Positions 7,511 to 17,437 of a stretch of 32,000 bases of DNA are shown in pieces. The stretch is from Pirellula staleyi DSM 6068. GTDB taxonomy: Bacteria; Planctomycetota; Planctomycetia; Pirellulales; Pirellulaceae. The position numbers were made by a program, and so were the translations under genes. A model generated the notes under the pieces. It did no database searches, was not told the DNA's origin, and saw only the letters and a list, made by a program, of their open reading frames with translations. The stretch covers positions 5,490,001-5,522,000 of the forward strand of contig CP001848.1 in NCBI GenBank assembly GCA_000025185.1, written 5' to 3'. Position 1 is the first letter of the stretch, and every line of letters begins with the position of its first letter.

Positions 7511-9163
7511 CTAGCGATCGGCCCGTTTTCCAGCGACTTCCACGCGAAAGAGGCCGTATTTTCCGTCCGATTTTTTCGAAACAGCCGAGGTAATGTAAAG
7601 CACGCTCGCTTCGCCAGCGCGACCGAATTCGCAGTTCGTCGGATCCCCCGGCGTACGAATCACCCCGAGCAGTTTTCCACTGGGGGAGAAGACATGCACT
7701 CCCGCTCGGTCGCCGGTGCCAGCGGTGGCATAGATGCGTCCTTCACTATCGACCGTCATCCCATCGATGCCTCGTCCCGACTCAAACGTGTAAAGCACCT
7801 TCGCGATGGTGAGAGTTCCATCGTCGTTTTGCTTCATCTCCAGAAGGCGGCGCTGGCCCATTGGATTGTTTTCGGAAACGGCGAACGACTTGGATTTCGC
7901 TAGATAGACAATCCCGTTGGGCTTACTGACTTCGCGCGTTGCGAGTGCTACTTTCCCTTCAGGGGTGACGCGGAAGATCCCTTCATACTCGAGCTCGCGC
8001 GGCTCATCGCCAACGTAGCGTGGATCGGTAAAGTAGATGTTTTCCTCGGCGTCGAGCGCGATATCGTTGGGGCTGTTAAATTTCCGTCCTTCAAATTGAT
8101 CGGCCAGCGTGGTTACTTCCAGTTGATCGCCGGTGATGGTGAAAACCGAGATCTGCCGTCCACCTCCGGTGTTGGCACCTTCGCAAGCGATGATCCGATT
8201 CTTGCTGTCGACAATCAGTCCGTTCGAGCGCCGGCTGGGGTCGCGAAACACTTTCGTCTCTTTCGACTTCGGGTCGAAAACGTACATCTTGTTGCCGATA
8301 TCGCTGAACACGATTTTGCCGTCGGCCAAAGCAGCCGGACCTTCGGTGAACTCTCCGTCGGCCCAAAGGAGCTCGAGTTTTTTGCTTTCGAGGATCGGCG
8401 ATAGTTCAGCAGCATCGGCAACAGCAGCGACCGGTGAGATCACAATTCGCAGCCCCACGGCGTCATCCCGTGCGTCGATGGCAAACGGCTGTCGCGCGGC
8501 GGTTGCACATTCGTCGGCCGAGTCCTTCCAGCTTCCTCCAAGGACGGCGATCTGTTTTTCGTCAATCGTTTTTCCATCAGCCGACTTCCACACCCCCGCG
8601 CACATCTCGCGCAGGTAGCCATGCATGTCGTAGAGACCGAATGGATTCGGTTTTTTCGCTCCAACGGCGGGATCGTTCCCTGCGGCGTTGCCGGTGTACC
8701 AGCAGTAGTCGTCGATCTTGGTCGCATCGTCCCCAAACGAGAACTTGGTGGAGGTGCCGCCAGCAGCGGCGTAGCGCCACTGGGCTTCGGTGGGAAGTCG
8801 CGCTGCTTGATCCGCAGTGATCAACTTTTCGTGCTGCAAACGAGCAGTCAAACGCTTCAAAAATTCCTCGGCTTCACCGACCGAAAACATCTCGGCGGAG
8901 TTGCGAGGTCCTTTCCAGCGGCTCGGATTGCCGCGAGCGATGATCTCGTAGAGTTCCTGCGTCACCTCAAACTGCGAGATGCGAAAGGGCGCCAGCTCGC
9001 TGGCGGGGAACTCGCCTTGGCCGGGCTGAATCAGCACCATTTCCTTGACGCAGCGCTGGAGAATGGCGCGCTCGGCATCGAGCGGCTTGGCGAGAGCTTT
9101 TTCGGCCTCTTGATCGCCGGCAATGAGTGAAATCATCACCAGTGAAAGCGCAACAAGTTGCAT
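7511..9163 (-). CDS. secreted fusion protein: FGE/SUMF1-like domain + SMP-30/gluconolactonase/LRE-like beta-propeller
   Basis: Signal peptide MQLVALSLVMISLIAG. The N-terminal half has FGE-sulfatase family motifs (RLPTEAQWRYAAAGG, NPFGLYDMHGYLREMC, LGGSWKD...GLRIV). The C-terminal half (about 7511-8340) has SMP-30 propeller motifs (FTEGPA, FNSPNDIALDAEENIYFTDPRY, KPNGIV, GIDGMTVDSEGRIYAT). Confidence 0.85.
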   Translation of the reverse strand: MQLVALSLVMISLIAGDQEAEKALAKPLDAERAILQRCVKEMVLIQPGQGEFPASELAPFRISQFEVTQELYEIIARGNPSRWKGPRNSAEMFSVGEAEEFLKRLTARLQHEKLITADQAARLPTEAQWRYAAAGGTSTKFSFGDDATKIDDYCWYTGNAAGNDPAVGAKKPNPFGLYDMHGYLREMCAGVWKSADGKTIDEKQIAVLGGSWKDSADECATAARQPFAIDARDDAVGLRIVISPVAAVADAAELSPILESKKLELLWADGEFTEGPAALADGKIVFSDIGNKMYVFDPKSKETKVFRDPSRRSNGLIVDSKNRIIACEGANTGGGRQISVFTITGDQLEVTTLADQFEGRKFNSPNDIALDAEENIYFTDPRYVGDEPRELEYEGIFRVTPEGKVALATREVSKPNGIVYLAKSKSFAVSENNPMGQRRLLEMKQNDDGTLTIAKVLYTFESGRGIDGMTVDSEGRIYATAGTGDRAGVHVFSPSGKLLGVIRTPGDPTNCEFGRAGEASVLYITSAVSKKSDGKYGLFRVEVAGKRADR

Positions 9164-9306
9164 AGCCAGATTCCTTCTGCGGTGGGTCGGCGCGCACGAA
9201 TCGAGGATGACTCCGAAGAGTCCTTGCGAGGCGGGGGCGAGCCAAATCAGCTCGCGATGGTGATTCGTTTCAAGCGGCCCTGCGAATTGGCGGAGCTACT
9301 CGCGGG

Positions 9307-10320
9307 CTAGGTGGCGATGCCACCGGTGGTGAGGTTGCCTCGACGGAAAGCATCGGCCATAGCCATCGGCACTTCGGCTTCAGCGTCGACCAACCGGGCC
9401 CGATTCTCGGCCACCTTGGCCTTCATCTCTTGTTCGGTAGCAATCGCTTCGCAGCGGCGCTGTTCGGCTGTCGCGCGGGCGACGCGCGTGTCGGCTTCCG
9501 CTTGGTCGGCCTGGAGACGAGCGCCGATGTTCTCTCCGACGTCGATGTCGGCGATATCGATCGATACAATCTGGAACGCTGTCTGGGCATCGAGGCCGCG
9601 TGCGAGCACCGCTTTGCTGATCACGTCGGGATTTTCGAGCACTTGAAAGTGATGTTCCGCCGAACCGATCGCGGTAATGATCCCTTCGCCGACGCGAGCG
9701 ATCACGGTGTCTTCGGTGGCACCACCAATCAGCTGCGCCAAGTTCGTCCGAACCGTCACGCGAGCTTTCACCCGGAGTTCCACACCATTCTTAGCGATGG
9801 CCGAGAGGGTGCTTTTGCCACTGCGGCGAGGATCGGGGCAGTCGATCACTTTCGGCTGAACGCTAGTCCGGACGGCATCGAACACGTCGCGACCAGCGAG
9901 GTCGATAGCCGACGCGCGATCGAAATCGAGATCAATCCCCGCGCGATGGGCAGCGATGATGGCATGGATCACGCGCATCACATCGCCGCCGGCGAGATAG
10001 TGTGCTTCCAGACGCTGTGTGCTGATACCGGTCTGTCGATTGATATCCATGCCCGACTGGGCCGCTTTAATTTTGGCGTCGACGATCAGTCGAGAATTCA
10101 CTTGGCGAAAGCCCATCGCGACCAGGCTCCAGATGCCAACGTCGGCGCGCGACATGAAGGCCTGGAACCAAATGCGACCGTAGGCTGCGAAAGCAATGCC
10201 GACGATGAAGAGAAAAATCGCCCCAAAGAATGCGATGCCAACCAGGATGATCTCGAGCGTGCCCCAGCTACCGCCACCGTTCTCTTGTGCCAGGAGGGGA
10301 TTGAGCCAAGTGAGTGTCAT
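9307..10320 (-). CDS. floA: flotillin-like protein FloA (SPFH/UPF0365 family)
   Basis: Collinear similarity to B. subtilis FloA/YqfA as I remember it ([35 protein letters not shown]; [20 protein letters not shown]; [27 protein letters not shown]). ATG 10320 (M23) is preferred, with GGAG 10 nt upstream and a TM helix right after the start. Confidence 0.9.
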   Translation of the reverse strand: MTLTWLNPLLAQENGGGSWGTLEIILVGIAFFGAIFLFIVGIAFAAYGRIWFQAFMSRADVGIWSLVAMGFRQVNSRLIVDAKIKAAQSGMDINRQTGISTQRLEAHYLAGGDVMRVIHAIIAAHRAGIDLDFDRASAIDLAGRDVFDAVRTSVQPKVIDCPDPRRSGKSTLSAIAKNGVELRVKARVTVRTNLAQLIGGATEDTVIARVGEGIITAIGSAEHHFQVLENPDVISKAVLARGLDAQTAFQIVSIDIADIDVGENIGARLQADQAEADTRVARATAEQRRCEAIATEQEMKAKVAENRARLVDAEAEVPMAMADAFRRGNLTTGGIAT

Positions 10321-10510
10321 CGAGAGTGCTCCGCCGAAGTTGCCAGCTGTCGTCGTCACGCGAAAATGACTTCTATTACTTCCCAATCTTTGGATCAGGA
10401 AACGACAGAGGATGCGTGAGAACTAGGTGGAAGAATAGCGAAACGGTAGACCGATTTCCACTAGAGCGAATAGTCAATTCGAGGAATCGATGGCGTTTTG
10501 CGCTCCTGGT

Positions 10511-11632
10511 CTACTCGATCCAGCCACCCCCGAGAACACGATCGCCGTCGTAAACGACTACCGCTTGCCCCGGCGCGACACCGTGGCGAGGTTCGTCGAA
10601 ATCGACTTGCAAGCGATCGTCTGTCAGTCGCACCGCTGTCGCCGGCGCAGGGTCGCTGTTGTAGCGAATCTTTGCCTCGCAGCGAAACGGTTCGCCGATC
10701 GCCCCGACAGGCGACTTTGTCGTGTGCCAGTTGCAATTGGCAGCCGTCAGCGCAGTGCGAGCAAGGTCGTCGCGCGTTCCAACCACCACCCGATGGGTAT
10801 CGGGCTCGATCCGCACGACAAAGGCCCGTTCCCCCAGGGCCACGCCGAGTCCGCGACGCTGTCCGATCGTGAAACGCTCAATTCCGGCATGCTGTCCCAG
10901 CACTTTTCCTTCCATCGTGACGATCTCGCCGCGCGTATCGATATCGGGACGTCTAGCGCGGACGAATTCATCGTGCTTACCGCTCGTCACGAAGCAAATC
11001 TCTTGGCTATCGCGCTTGTCGGCCACTCGGAGACCAATTTCATGAGCCAGCTTGCGGATCTGCGGCTTGTAGTAGTCGCCGATCGGCAGCAGCATGCGCG
11101 GCAGCAGCTCTTTTTTGATTCCAAACAGGACGTACGACTGATCTTTACCATCGTCGACACCACGGCAGAGTGCGAGATCGCCATCGATCTGTGCGAGCCG
11201 AGCATAGTGGCCGGTTGCGACAAACTCGGCTCCCACGCTGTCAGCGTAGTCAAAAAGTTTGCCGAACTTGAGCCAGTTGTTGCACTGCACGCAGGGATTG
11301 GGGGTTCGACCGACGGTGTACTCGTCGATGAAGTAGTCGATGATCTGCCGGAACTCGGACTGCAAATTGAGGGCGTAAAACGGAATGTCGAGGCGGTCGG
11401 CAACGCGACGCGCGTCTTCGGCATCGCTCGCACTACAGCAGCCCTGCTTGTGATCCGAACGTTCTTTGAAGATTGGGAGCTGAAAGCCAGGAGCATCGAC
11501 GGCGCAGGCAGCTTGCGCCTCTTCGCCATGTCGCATGAAAACGCCAATCACCTCGTGCCCAGCGCGCGTGAGGATCGCGGCAGCGACACTGCTATCGACA
11601 CCTCCCGACATGGCCAGCACGATTCGCGACAT
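10511..11632 (-). CDS. mnmA: tRNA 2-thiouridine(34) synthase
   Basis: VLAMSGGVDSSVAA PP-loop, then TPNPCVQCNNWLKF and QSYVLF motifs. Length 373 aa. Confidence 0.95.
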   Translation of the reverse strand: MSRIVLAMSGGVDSSVAAAILTRAGHEVIGVFMRHGEEAQAACAVDAPGFQLPIFKERSDHKQGCCSASDAEDARRVADRLDIPFYALNLQSEFRQIIDYFIDEYTVGRTPNPCVQCNNWLKFGKLFDYADSVGAEFVATGHYARLAQIDGDLALCRGVDDGKDQSYVLFGIKKELLPRMLLPIGDYYKPQIRKLAHEIGLRVADKRDSQEICFVTSGKHDEFVRARRPDIDTRGEIVTMEGKVLGQHAGIERFTIGQRRGLGVALGERAFVVRIEPDTHRVVVGTRDDLARTALTAANCNWHTTKSPVGAIGEPFRCEAKIRYNSDPAPATAVRLTDDRLQVDFDEPRHGVAPGQAVVVYDGDRVLGGGWIE

Positions 11633-11775
11633 GAAGCTCTTTCAGCAAACGAACCCGAGAAGCACCGCAGCGCACTCGCTGAGGAAATGCGGGGAACGCA
11701 TTATTTTTGGCACAGTGTTTAACTCGGACCAGTTCAGCAACTCTCAAGCGTCCGAAGTTGCACTTCCATCGATCA

Positions 11776-12282
11776 TTATGGCACAGCGTCGCCGGTGGGG
11801 GAGGGGAGTTGCGGCGTCTCCCCCGGTTCAAAAATCGCGAGCCATACGAGTCCCGTTAGACCACGGGGGGGATCGAGAGCCGTTTCGCCACTAACTGGCG
11901 ACTCGGGGGAAGTTTCGGCGGCGATGGGCCACGCCACATCGATCACCAGTTCATTGCGAGGGCGGAGCCGCGACTTTATGTCGATCGAAAAACGCCCCGT
12001 TTGCGGCTCGATGGTGGCCAAGTGATCGTCCGAGAGTTTCACGATCGCGCGGTCGTAGACAGCGTCGATTACGAGCCACAGCTGATGCTCCTCGGTGATG
12101 CCGGTGGGCATGTTGAACCAGCGTCGAAACCGGACAACACCGGCGAAATCCTCGGGCAGAACGGTTCGCCAATCGCACGGCAACGGAATGTCGCCTGCAG
12201 GCTCCGCTGGCAGCGCGTCACTGGCTGCGAACTGCTCGAGCGTTTCATACGACCAAGGGCCGCGTAGTCGAATCGTATGCAT
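11776..12282 (-). CDS. hypothetical protein with GH2 N-terminal-like (galactose-binding-like jelly-roll) pattern
   Basis: The pattern IRLRGPW...DW...FAGVVRFRRWFNMP...LWLVIDAVYDRAIVKLSD..L....G.FSIDI...L...NELVIDV resembles the sugar-binding domain of family 2 glycosidases. There is no catalytic domain. The product call is tentative. Confidence 0.55.
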   Translation of the reverse strand: MHTIRLRGPWSYETLEQFAASDALPAEPAGDIPLPCDWRTVLPEDFAGVVRFRRWFNMPTGITEEHQLWLVIDAVYDRAIVKLSDDHLATIEPQTGRFSIDIKSRLRPRNELVIDVAWPIAAETSPESPVSGETALDPPRGLTGLVWLAIFEPGETPQLPSPTGDAVP

Positions 12283-12381
12283 ACGGAGTTGAAAGAGGGG
12301 CTACGCGGAACTCGACAGGGGACCGATCGCGGCCAGCGACAGAGCGGTTCCCCTCGGCATCCGCTGCACTGCCCACCGGCG

Positions 12382-13836
12382 TTAGTCGGCAATGAAGTCG
12401 GCCGAAACAGTGGCCTGCTGCACTTGTCGCGAGGTGATGTCCTGGCAACGAATGCGCACTTGCACGCCGGTGATCGGAGCGCCGTAAGGTGGCAGCGTAT
12501 CACGTTCCGCTGGTTCATCCACACGGCCATCGTTGTTGTCGTCGATCCCGTTCACGCCCAGATCTAGGTGACCGAGCGAGCGATTATCGACCCCGTCTCG
12601 CTCGTAAAGTGTCGTCCAGGTGTCGTAGGTGGTTTCGGTGCCGAGACCACTTTCAGCAGCCGGTGCACCGCTGAAGGTGCTCGCAGCGCGGTTGTGTCCG
12701 AGATCGACAAACGCCCCACGACCAATCGGTGTTCCGGTGGCAGGTGGATAGTCGGGATCGGTCGGAGTGACCGCTTCATTGCCAACGGTGGGATGGGCAT
12801 AGATCGGAGCGGTCGGGTCAAACAGACGAACATCGAATGCCAGCAGGTTGTTCATCATCAGGTCTTCGCCCGAAGCGCCGGTGTTGGGAGTAACCGCGAT
12901 GCTGCGACCAATCACGAAATCGGGATGCATAAAACCGAGGAGCGAATCGGCGGCCCCACCAGCTCCGACCAAGTCGAGTCGATTCGGAAAACCGGCGGTC
13001 ACTTGATGGGCAAAGCGGTTGGCACGCACCGAAAGATCGCCCAGCGAGTTGGCACGTAGCACAAACTGCCCACCCGACTGCGATTCGACCCGCACCGAGA
13101 CATCGTAGTTCTGATACCAACTAGCGAGCGTATTGCGAACATCGGCGGCTGCAAACGGCGCTGTGAACGGTCCACCAACAACCCCAGGATTGCTGTTCAG
13201 TTCGGGCATCACCACCAGTTGGCGGCGGTGCAATTCGCGGGGCTCGTTTAAATCCCACTCGGCATCCCCATCCAGATCAGTGAACGAAACGAACCAAATG
13301 AACTCCGCTTGTCGCGACTGAGCCACACCATTTCCCGAAACACTTGCCGGAACTCGACCGAGATAAATTGCCGACGACGACTGAATCGTCCCGGAGATAA
13401 TATCGTCGGCGTCGCCGAGCAAATCGGTGATGCTGCTCGATGGCCAGTTGTCGGTGATTGCCTGCTGATAGTCGGCCGTGCCGTTGGCATCGCAGTCCCA
13501 GTCGCGGCGATAGCCTTCGTGAATCTCGAGGTAGCCCAATCCGGCGGCTTCGTCGACTCCGGGAACCCCTTTCACGGTCATGCTATTCAAATCGCTCTGC
13601 AGTTTTTGCGACACATTACGAAGCTGGCCACGCAGTTCGATGAGCGCGCGACCATTGCGGACGCTCGTACCGACGCGGGCATAAAACTCGGCAATGGCAT
13701 AGACGATGATCAGCGTGAGCGCCATCGACACCAGAAGTTCGACGAGTGTGAATGCGCTTGCGAATCGCCTTTTCAGCGAACGTTTTGCCAGACGTGTCTC
13801 GATCGAACGAGCGTTGTGCGGTGCCAAAACTTGCAT
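12382..13836 (-). CDS. large prepilin-type N-terminal cleavage/methylation domain protein (pseudopilin-like)
   Basis: Class III signal KRRFASA|FTLVELLVSMALTLIIVYAIAEFY. ATG 13836 (M65 of the track ORF) is preferred, with GAAGAGG upstream. About 480 aa. The C-terminal region has an acidic GVNGIDDNNDGRVDEPAERD motif. Confidence 0.8.
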   Translation of the reverse strand: MQVLAPHNARSIETRLAKRSLKRRFASAFTLVELLVSMALTLIIVYAIAEFYARVGTSVRNGRALIELRGQLRNVSQKLQSDLNSMTVKGVPGVDEAAGLGYLEIHEGYRRDWDCDANGTADYQQAITDNWPSSSITDLLGDADDIISGTIQSSSAIYLGRVPASVSGNGVAQSRQAEFIWFVSFTDLDGDAEWDLNEPRELHRRQLVVMPELNSNPGVVGGPFTAPFAAADVRNTLASWYQNYDVSVRVESQSGGQFVLRANSLGDLSVRANRFAHQVTAGFPNRLDLVGAGGAADSLLGFMHPDFVIGRSIAVTPNTGASGEDLMMNNLLAFDVRLFDPTAPIYAHPTVGNEAVTPTDPDYPPATGTPIGRGAFVDLGHNRAASTFSGAPAAESGLGTETTYDTWTTLYERDGVDNRSLGHLDLGVNGIDDNNDGRVDEPAERDTLPPYGAPITGVQVRIRCQDITSRQVQQATVSADFIAD

Positions 13837-14504
13837 GATGGTTGCCTCTTCGTGAACCATGCCTGAGGGAATTGTCCGCTTGCTCTGCGTGGAAAAGTTG
13901 GCAGCGAGCCAATGGTTTCCTGCGAGCATCTCGCAAAGACTCGAGCGTTCCTCTGTTCCTGCGATGCATCTTCCATCAGGCAGTTCCGGGTGCCAGTGGG
14001 ATGACCTTGGGACAGTAGCCCCTGCCACTGGCCGGGAACGCGCGTCCTGTAGATCGCGAGGGGCGATTTTTCAGGGCTATGTTGCCTGCTGCTGGCGGAG
14101 CGATGGAAGACAAGAGTGTAGACGAGACGTGCGCAAAGGGGTTTGCAGCGAGTCGTAGAACCGGCGCAAACCTTTCGACACACAAGTATTGCACTCCTAT
14201 CGCGGGGATGTGTCAAGCAGAACTCGGGGCCGCTCGAAGATTTCACAAGTTTCCCACCCGGAGTCCATGCAGGCACGCGCCGTGCAAAACCACCCGCCAG
14301 AGGCAGATACTCGGCGGCTCCGCTGCTATCAACCCTGATTTTTGCTTCGGATTCTTGGCGAACCAGCCTGTCCAATCGTACGCAGTAAGAGAAAGCAGAG
14401 CCAAGGGACAAGCTGCCGCTAAGGCCGACGTTTGTCAGTTAGTTGCGAAGAATCGAAAAACTCCCGCTACCTGGAGTGGGGTACGAAGTTTTATGATAAC
14501 GCGT

Positions 14505-15479
14505 ATGAGCCAAGACTATTACGAACTGCTCGGCGTCAGCCGCGGAGCATCGACCGACGAAATTCAAAAGGCCTACCGCAAGCTTGCGCGGAAGTATCAT
14601 CCGGACATGAACCCCGATGATGCGACCGCCAAACAGAAGTTTCAGGAGGTTCAAACGGCGTACGACACTCTTTCCGACGACAAAAAGCGGAAAATGTACG
14701 ACCAGTTTGGAGCGGGCTACGAACAGATGGGGCAGGGGGTTCCGCCTGGCTGGAGTGGCGGAGGTGGCGGCCCACAGCCCGATTTTGGCGGCTTCGACTT
14801 CACCCAGTTCTTCGGGGGCGGAAGCCCTCAGGGGGGCGGTTTCGAAGACATTATGCGCCAGTTTGGTGGCGCTGGAGGAGCTGCTGCCGGACCTCGTGGC
14901 GGACGCCGGGCGCGACGTCCACGCGCTGCTGAACCCGGAGCCGATGTCGCTCACACCGTCACGATTCCGCTGAAAACAGCCGCAGTGGGTGGCGAAGTGA
15001 ATCTGCGTGTCGCTCGTCCGGGCGGCTCGATCGAGACCATCACCGTGAAGGTTCCGGCGGGAATCGAGCACGGGAAAACGATCCGCCTGCGCGGCCAAGG
15101 AGAACCGTCGGCCAGCGGCGGAACTGCTGGCGATTTACTGGTGACGGTGCATGTGGCCGAGCATCCCTGGTTCACCCGTCATGGGCTCGATCTGCATGTG
15201 AAAGTGCCGATTTCGCTCGGCGAAGCTGTGCTCGGTGCCAAGGTCGATATTCCGACACCCCATGGTGAAATTACTGCCTCGATTCCCCCTGGAACGAGCA
15301 GCGGCAAAAAGATTCGAATCAAAGGGCAGGGGATTCATAGTCGCGACGGGCAGAAGGGAGATCTGTATGCCGAAGTACAGATTCAGCTGCCGAAAACGAT
15401 TGATGCAGAGACGGCGGAACTGCTGAAGTCGTTCGACGAAAAGAACCCGGTCGAACCTCGAAAGGACTTGGCATGGTAG
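14505..15479 (+). CDS. class II (CbpA-like) J-domain co-chaperone DnaJ, no zinc finger
   Basis: J domain [37 protein letters not shown], a G/F-rich linker, and C-terminal DnaJ_C repeats ([18 protein letters not shown]; [12 protein letters not shown]). There is no CxxCxGxG. The start is ATG 14505 (or 14493), not track 14079. Confidence 0.9.
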   Translation: MSQDYYELLGVSRGASTDEIQKAYRKLARKYHPDMNPDDATAKQKFQEVQTAYDTLSDDKKRKMYDQFGAGYEQMGQGVPPGWSGGGGGPQPDFGGFDFTQFFGGGSPQGGGFEDIMRQFGGAGGAAAGPRGGRRARRPRAAEPGADVAHTVTIPLKTAAVGGEVNLRVARPGGSIETITVKVPAGIEHGKTIRLRGQGEPSASGGTAGDLLVTVHVAEHPWFTRHGLDLHVKVPISLGEAVLGAKVDIPTPHGEITASIPPGTSSGKKIRIKGQGIHSRDGQKGDLYAEVQIQLPKTIDAETAELLKSFDEKNPVEPRKDLAW

Positions 15480-15811
15480 CGCTCGCTAGTTCCACAACGT
15501 TCGCCCTCGTCTGCCTCTTGGGCTCTTGGTTTGCCGAAGCAGTTCCCGTGGCAGGGGCAAGCGAACTTCTCGGCTCGCCGGCTGTAACTAAAATCAGTCT
15601 CCTGGCCGATGTGGCACCGTTTCCCAATTTTAGTGACCGCAAGATGGCCCGCGCGGTTGGTCTGGCTGCCATTGCCGGGCTCATCATTCTCGGTTTTACG
15701 ATGGTGGGACTCGTCTGGTGGGGCGCCCGGTATACGCGGCGCTACATGAATCAGCCGTCGGCTCATCATCCGACCCCAAGGCCCCCCGCCGACGACTGGA
15801 TCAAGCCCTAA
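15473..15811 (+). CDS. small hypothetical membrane protein (signal peptide + one TM)
   Basis: The ATG overlaps the dnaJ stop (ATGGTAG). It has signal-like [23 protein letters not shown] and TM helix [23 protein letters not shown]. No family recognised. Confidence 0.5.
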   Translation: MVALASSTTFALVCLLGSWFAEAVPVAGASELLGSPAVTKISLLADVAPFPNFSDRKMARAVGLAAIAGLIILGFTMVGLVWWGARYTRRYMNQPSAHHPTPRPPADDWIKP

Positions 15812-15876
15812 ACTCTTGGGCTCAATATTTTTGGGGCGCTGCGCACGGCTCAAACATCAGCTAACAGCGAACTGTC

Positions 15877-15920
15877 GGGTGACCTTCAACAACTAAACCG
15901 CCGTCACCCTGCTTTTTCTT
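15877..15920 (+). terminator. possible terminator after the dnaJ unit
   Basis: GGGTGAC (15877-15883) pairs with GTCACCC (15903-15909), followed by TGCTTTTTCTT. The loop is long (19 nt), so confidence is modest. Confidence 0.4.
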
Positions 15921-16052
15921 GACTCCCTATTCTGGGGTTGTTACCTTGCGCATCGCCTTGGCCCGCGTCGGTGCTCGATAAGTCGCGCACCTTCTGCGGC
16001 GGGCAGGGCTCATCCCAGTCATTTTCTGAACGTTTTTAGGGAGTTGGTACGT

Positions 16053-16451
16053 ATGTCGAATCCTTTTGATGCGAGTGTACCTGCTCCTGCTGAACCTGTC
16101 GCCAAACCACTCTCGACCCCCGAAGAAGTCTACGGTTTTGCTGGAGAACTCCTTGCTGCCGGGGCTGATCAAACGACGATTTACCAGACGCTGTTATCGC
16201 GCGGTGTCGACTCCGCTCAGGCGGGCCAAGTCGCTAGCGAAATGATGGAGGCCAAACTCGAAGCGATCCGCTCCCAAGGGTGGCGCGATGCGATTTGGGG
16301 TGCCGTATGGTGCTTTGGTGGCCTCGCCGTCACCGCGTTCAGCTACATGGCAGCCCAAGGTGGTGGCCGCTATGTGTTGGCCTGGGGCGCAGTGATTTTT
16401 GGCGGCATTCAAATGATGCGAGGCCTCTACAACGTGGTGACAGCTCGGTAG
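16053..16451 (+). CDS. small hypothetical membrane protein (two C-terminal TM helices)
   Basis: ATG 16053 is preceded by TAGGGAG at 8 nt (the track starts at TTG 16044). The TM segments are AIWGAVWCFGGLAVTAFSYMA and YVLAWGAVIFGGIQMM. Confidence 0.6.
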   Translation: MSNPFDASVPAPAEPVAKPLSTPEEVYGFAGELLAAGADQTTIYQTLLSRGVDSAQAGQVASEMMEAKLEAIRSQGWRDAIWGAVWCFGGLAVTAFSYMAAQGGGRYVLAWGAVIFGGIQMMRGLYNVVTAR

Positions 16452-16541
16452 TTCACGTCCTAGCCAAGCGGCTGCCAAACGCACGAATGACAGCCAGCAG
16501 ACCACGAGCGAAATCGATCGGCGTCGCTTATAACTAAGGGC

Positions 16542-17000
16542 ATGCCGCCAGCGCCACAACAGCCCCGAAACTCCGCATCCGATTCCGCGATCCCGCCGGA
16601 AAAGCGGCTGCCCGATTCTGATCGGCCGGGAAAGCGTCGCTCGCTGGCATTTCCCAAGTCGCTGCGACTCCAGACACCCGCCGAGTTCGATGCCGTGTTT
16701 GCCACGCGGGTGTTTGCAGCCGACGATCAGTTGATCATGCATGCCGCCAAATCGACGCTCCCTTTCGCGCGGCTGGGGCTCAGCATCTCGCGGAAAGTTG
16801 GCAACGCCGTGGTTCGAAACCGCTGGAAGCGACTGATTCGCGAAGCCTTTCGGCAGCGCCAACATCAGCTTCCTCCGGGAATCGACCTGGTGGCTCGACC
16901 TCAAAAAGGGGCTAGCCCCAATCTCCAGCTGCTCGAGCGGTCGATCGTCGACCTAGCCAAACGATGCCTGAAACGTGCCGAGCGAGGGCCGCGCCCGTGA
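16542..17000 (+). CDS. rnpA: ribonuclease P protein component
   Basis: [17 protein letters not shown]...[27 protein letters not shown] (RNR motif region). It carries an extra Pro/Arg-rich N-terminal extension of about 35 aa with no alternative in-frame start. Confidence 0.9.
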   Translation: MPPAPQQPRNSASDSAIPPEKRLPDSDRPGKRRSLAFPKSLRLQTPAEFDAVFATRVFAADDQLIMHAAKSTLPFARLGLSISRKVGNAVVRNRWKRLIREAFRQRQHQLPPGIDLVARPQKGASPNLQLLERSIVDLAKRCLKRAERGPRP

Positions 17001-17257
17001 CCCTGGTCCTGAGCTACCTCTGGCAAGCCGCCTGCCTCATCGATCGCCTCATTGTCTGGCTGATGTCGCTGGCGATCCGCCTCTACCAAATCACCCTAAG
17101 TCCTTTTATTGGAAGAAGTTGTCGCTTCCATCCCACCTGTAGCAACTACATGCTCGGCGCGATCCACAAGTACGGCTCCGTTCGAGGCTGCGTACGTGGG
17201 ATCTGGCGAATCTGCCGCTGTAACCCACTTTGCAAAGGGGGCTACGACCCACCTTAA
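16964..17257 (+). CDS. yidD: membrane protein insertion efficiency factor YidD
   Basis: [62 protein letters not shown]. It overlaps the rnpA 3' end. GTG 16997 (a GTGA overlap with the rnpA stop) is an alternative start. Confidence 0.9.
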   Translation: MPETCRARAAPVTLVLSYLWQAACLIDRLIVWLMSLAIRLYQITLSPFIGRSCRFHPTCSNYMLGAIHKYGSVRGCVRGIWRICRCNPLCKGGYDPP

Positions 17258-17437
17258 ACACCATCCAAATAAATACTTAGAAGCACACAACTGCGAGACA
17301 CTTTGCCCCTCTGGTCAGGGCGGCCAAAATCTCCCATTTCTGCGGTTCTCTGCCGTTGTACTTCGTCAGCCGATCGCTATACTCGGTGGTTTCCCCTGAC
17401 CTGATTAGGTCAAGTAGGGGAGGGTGAAAGTGCGAAA

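Noticed and set aside
9307-10320. floA lacking an adjacent nfeD partner as a possible anomaly
   Set aside because: The NfeD partner can be encoded elsewhere. Nothing in the sequence itself is unusual, so I did not raise it as a finding.
12382-14028. Track N-terminal extensions (pseudopilin-like 14028; dnaJ 14079; sulfatase 7440; floA 10386; OmpA-like 1951; ydjM-like 30806)
   Set aside because: The extensions are Arg/Cys/His-rich and lack an RBS. Internal ATGs give canonical signal peptides or domain starts, often with GGAG-like sequences 7-13 nt upstream.
14186-14216. CIRCE-like half site TTGCACTC upstream of dnaJ
   Set aside because: The partner half (GAGTGCTAA after a 9 nt gap) is absent. 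Only one half matches.
16280-16537. Search for rpmH (L34) upstream of rnpA
   Set aside because: The tail ...ARMTASRPRAKSIGVAYN only loosely resembles the L34 C-terminus. There is no HGFR-type core, and the ORF mostly overlaps the preceding membrane-protein gene in another frame.
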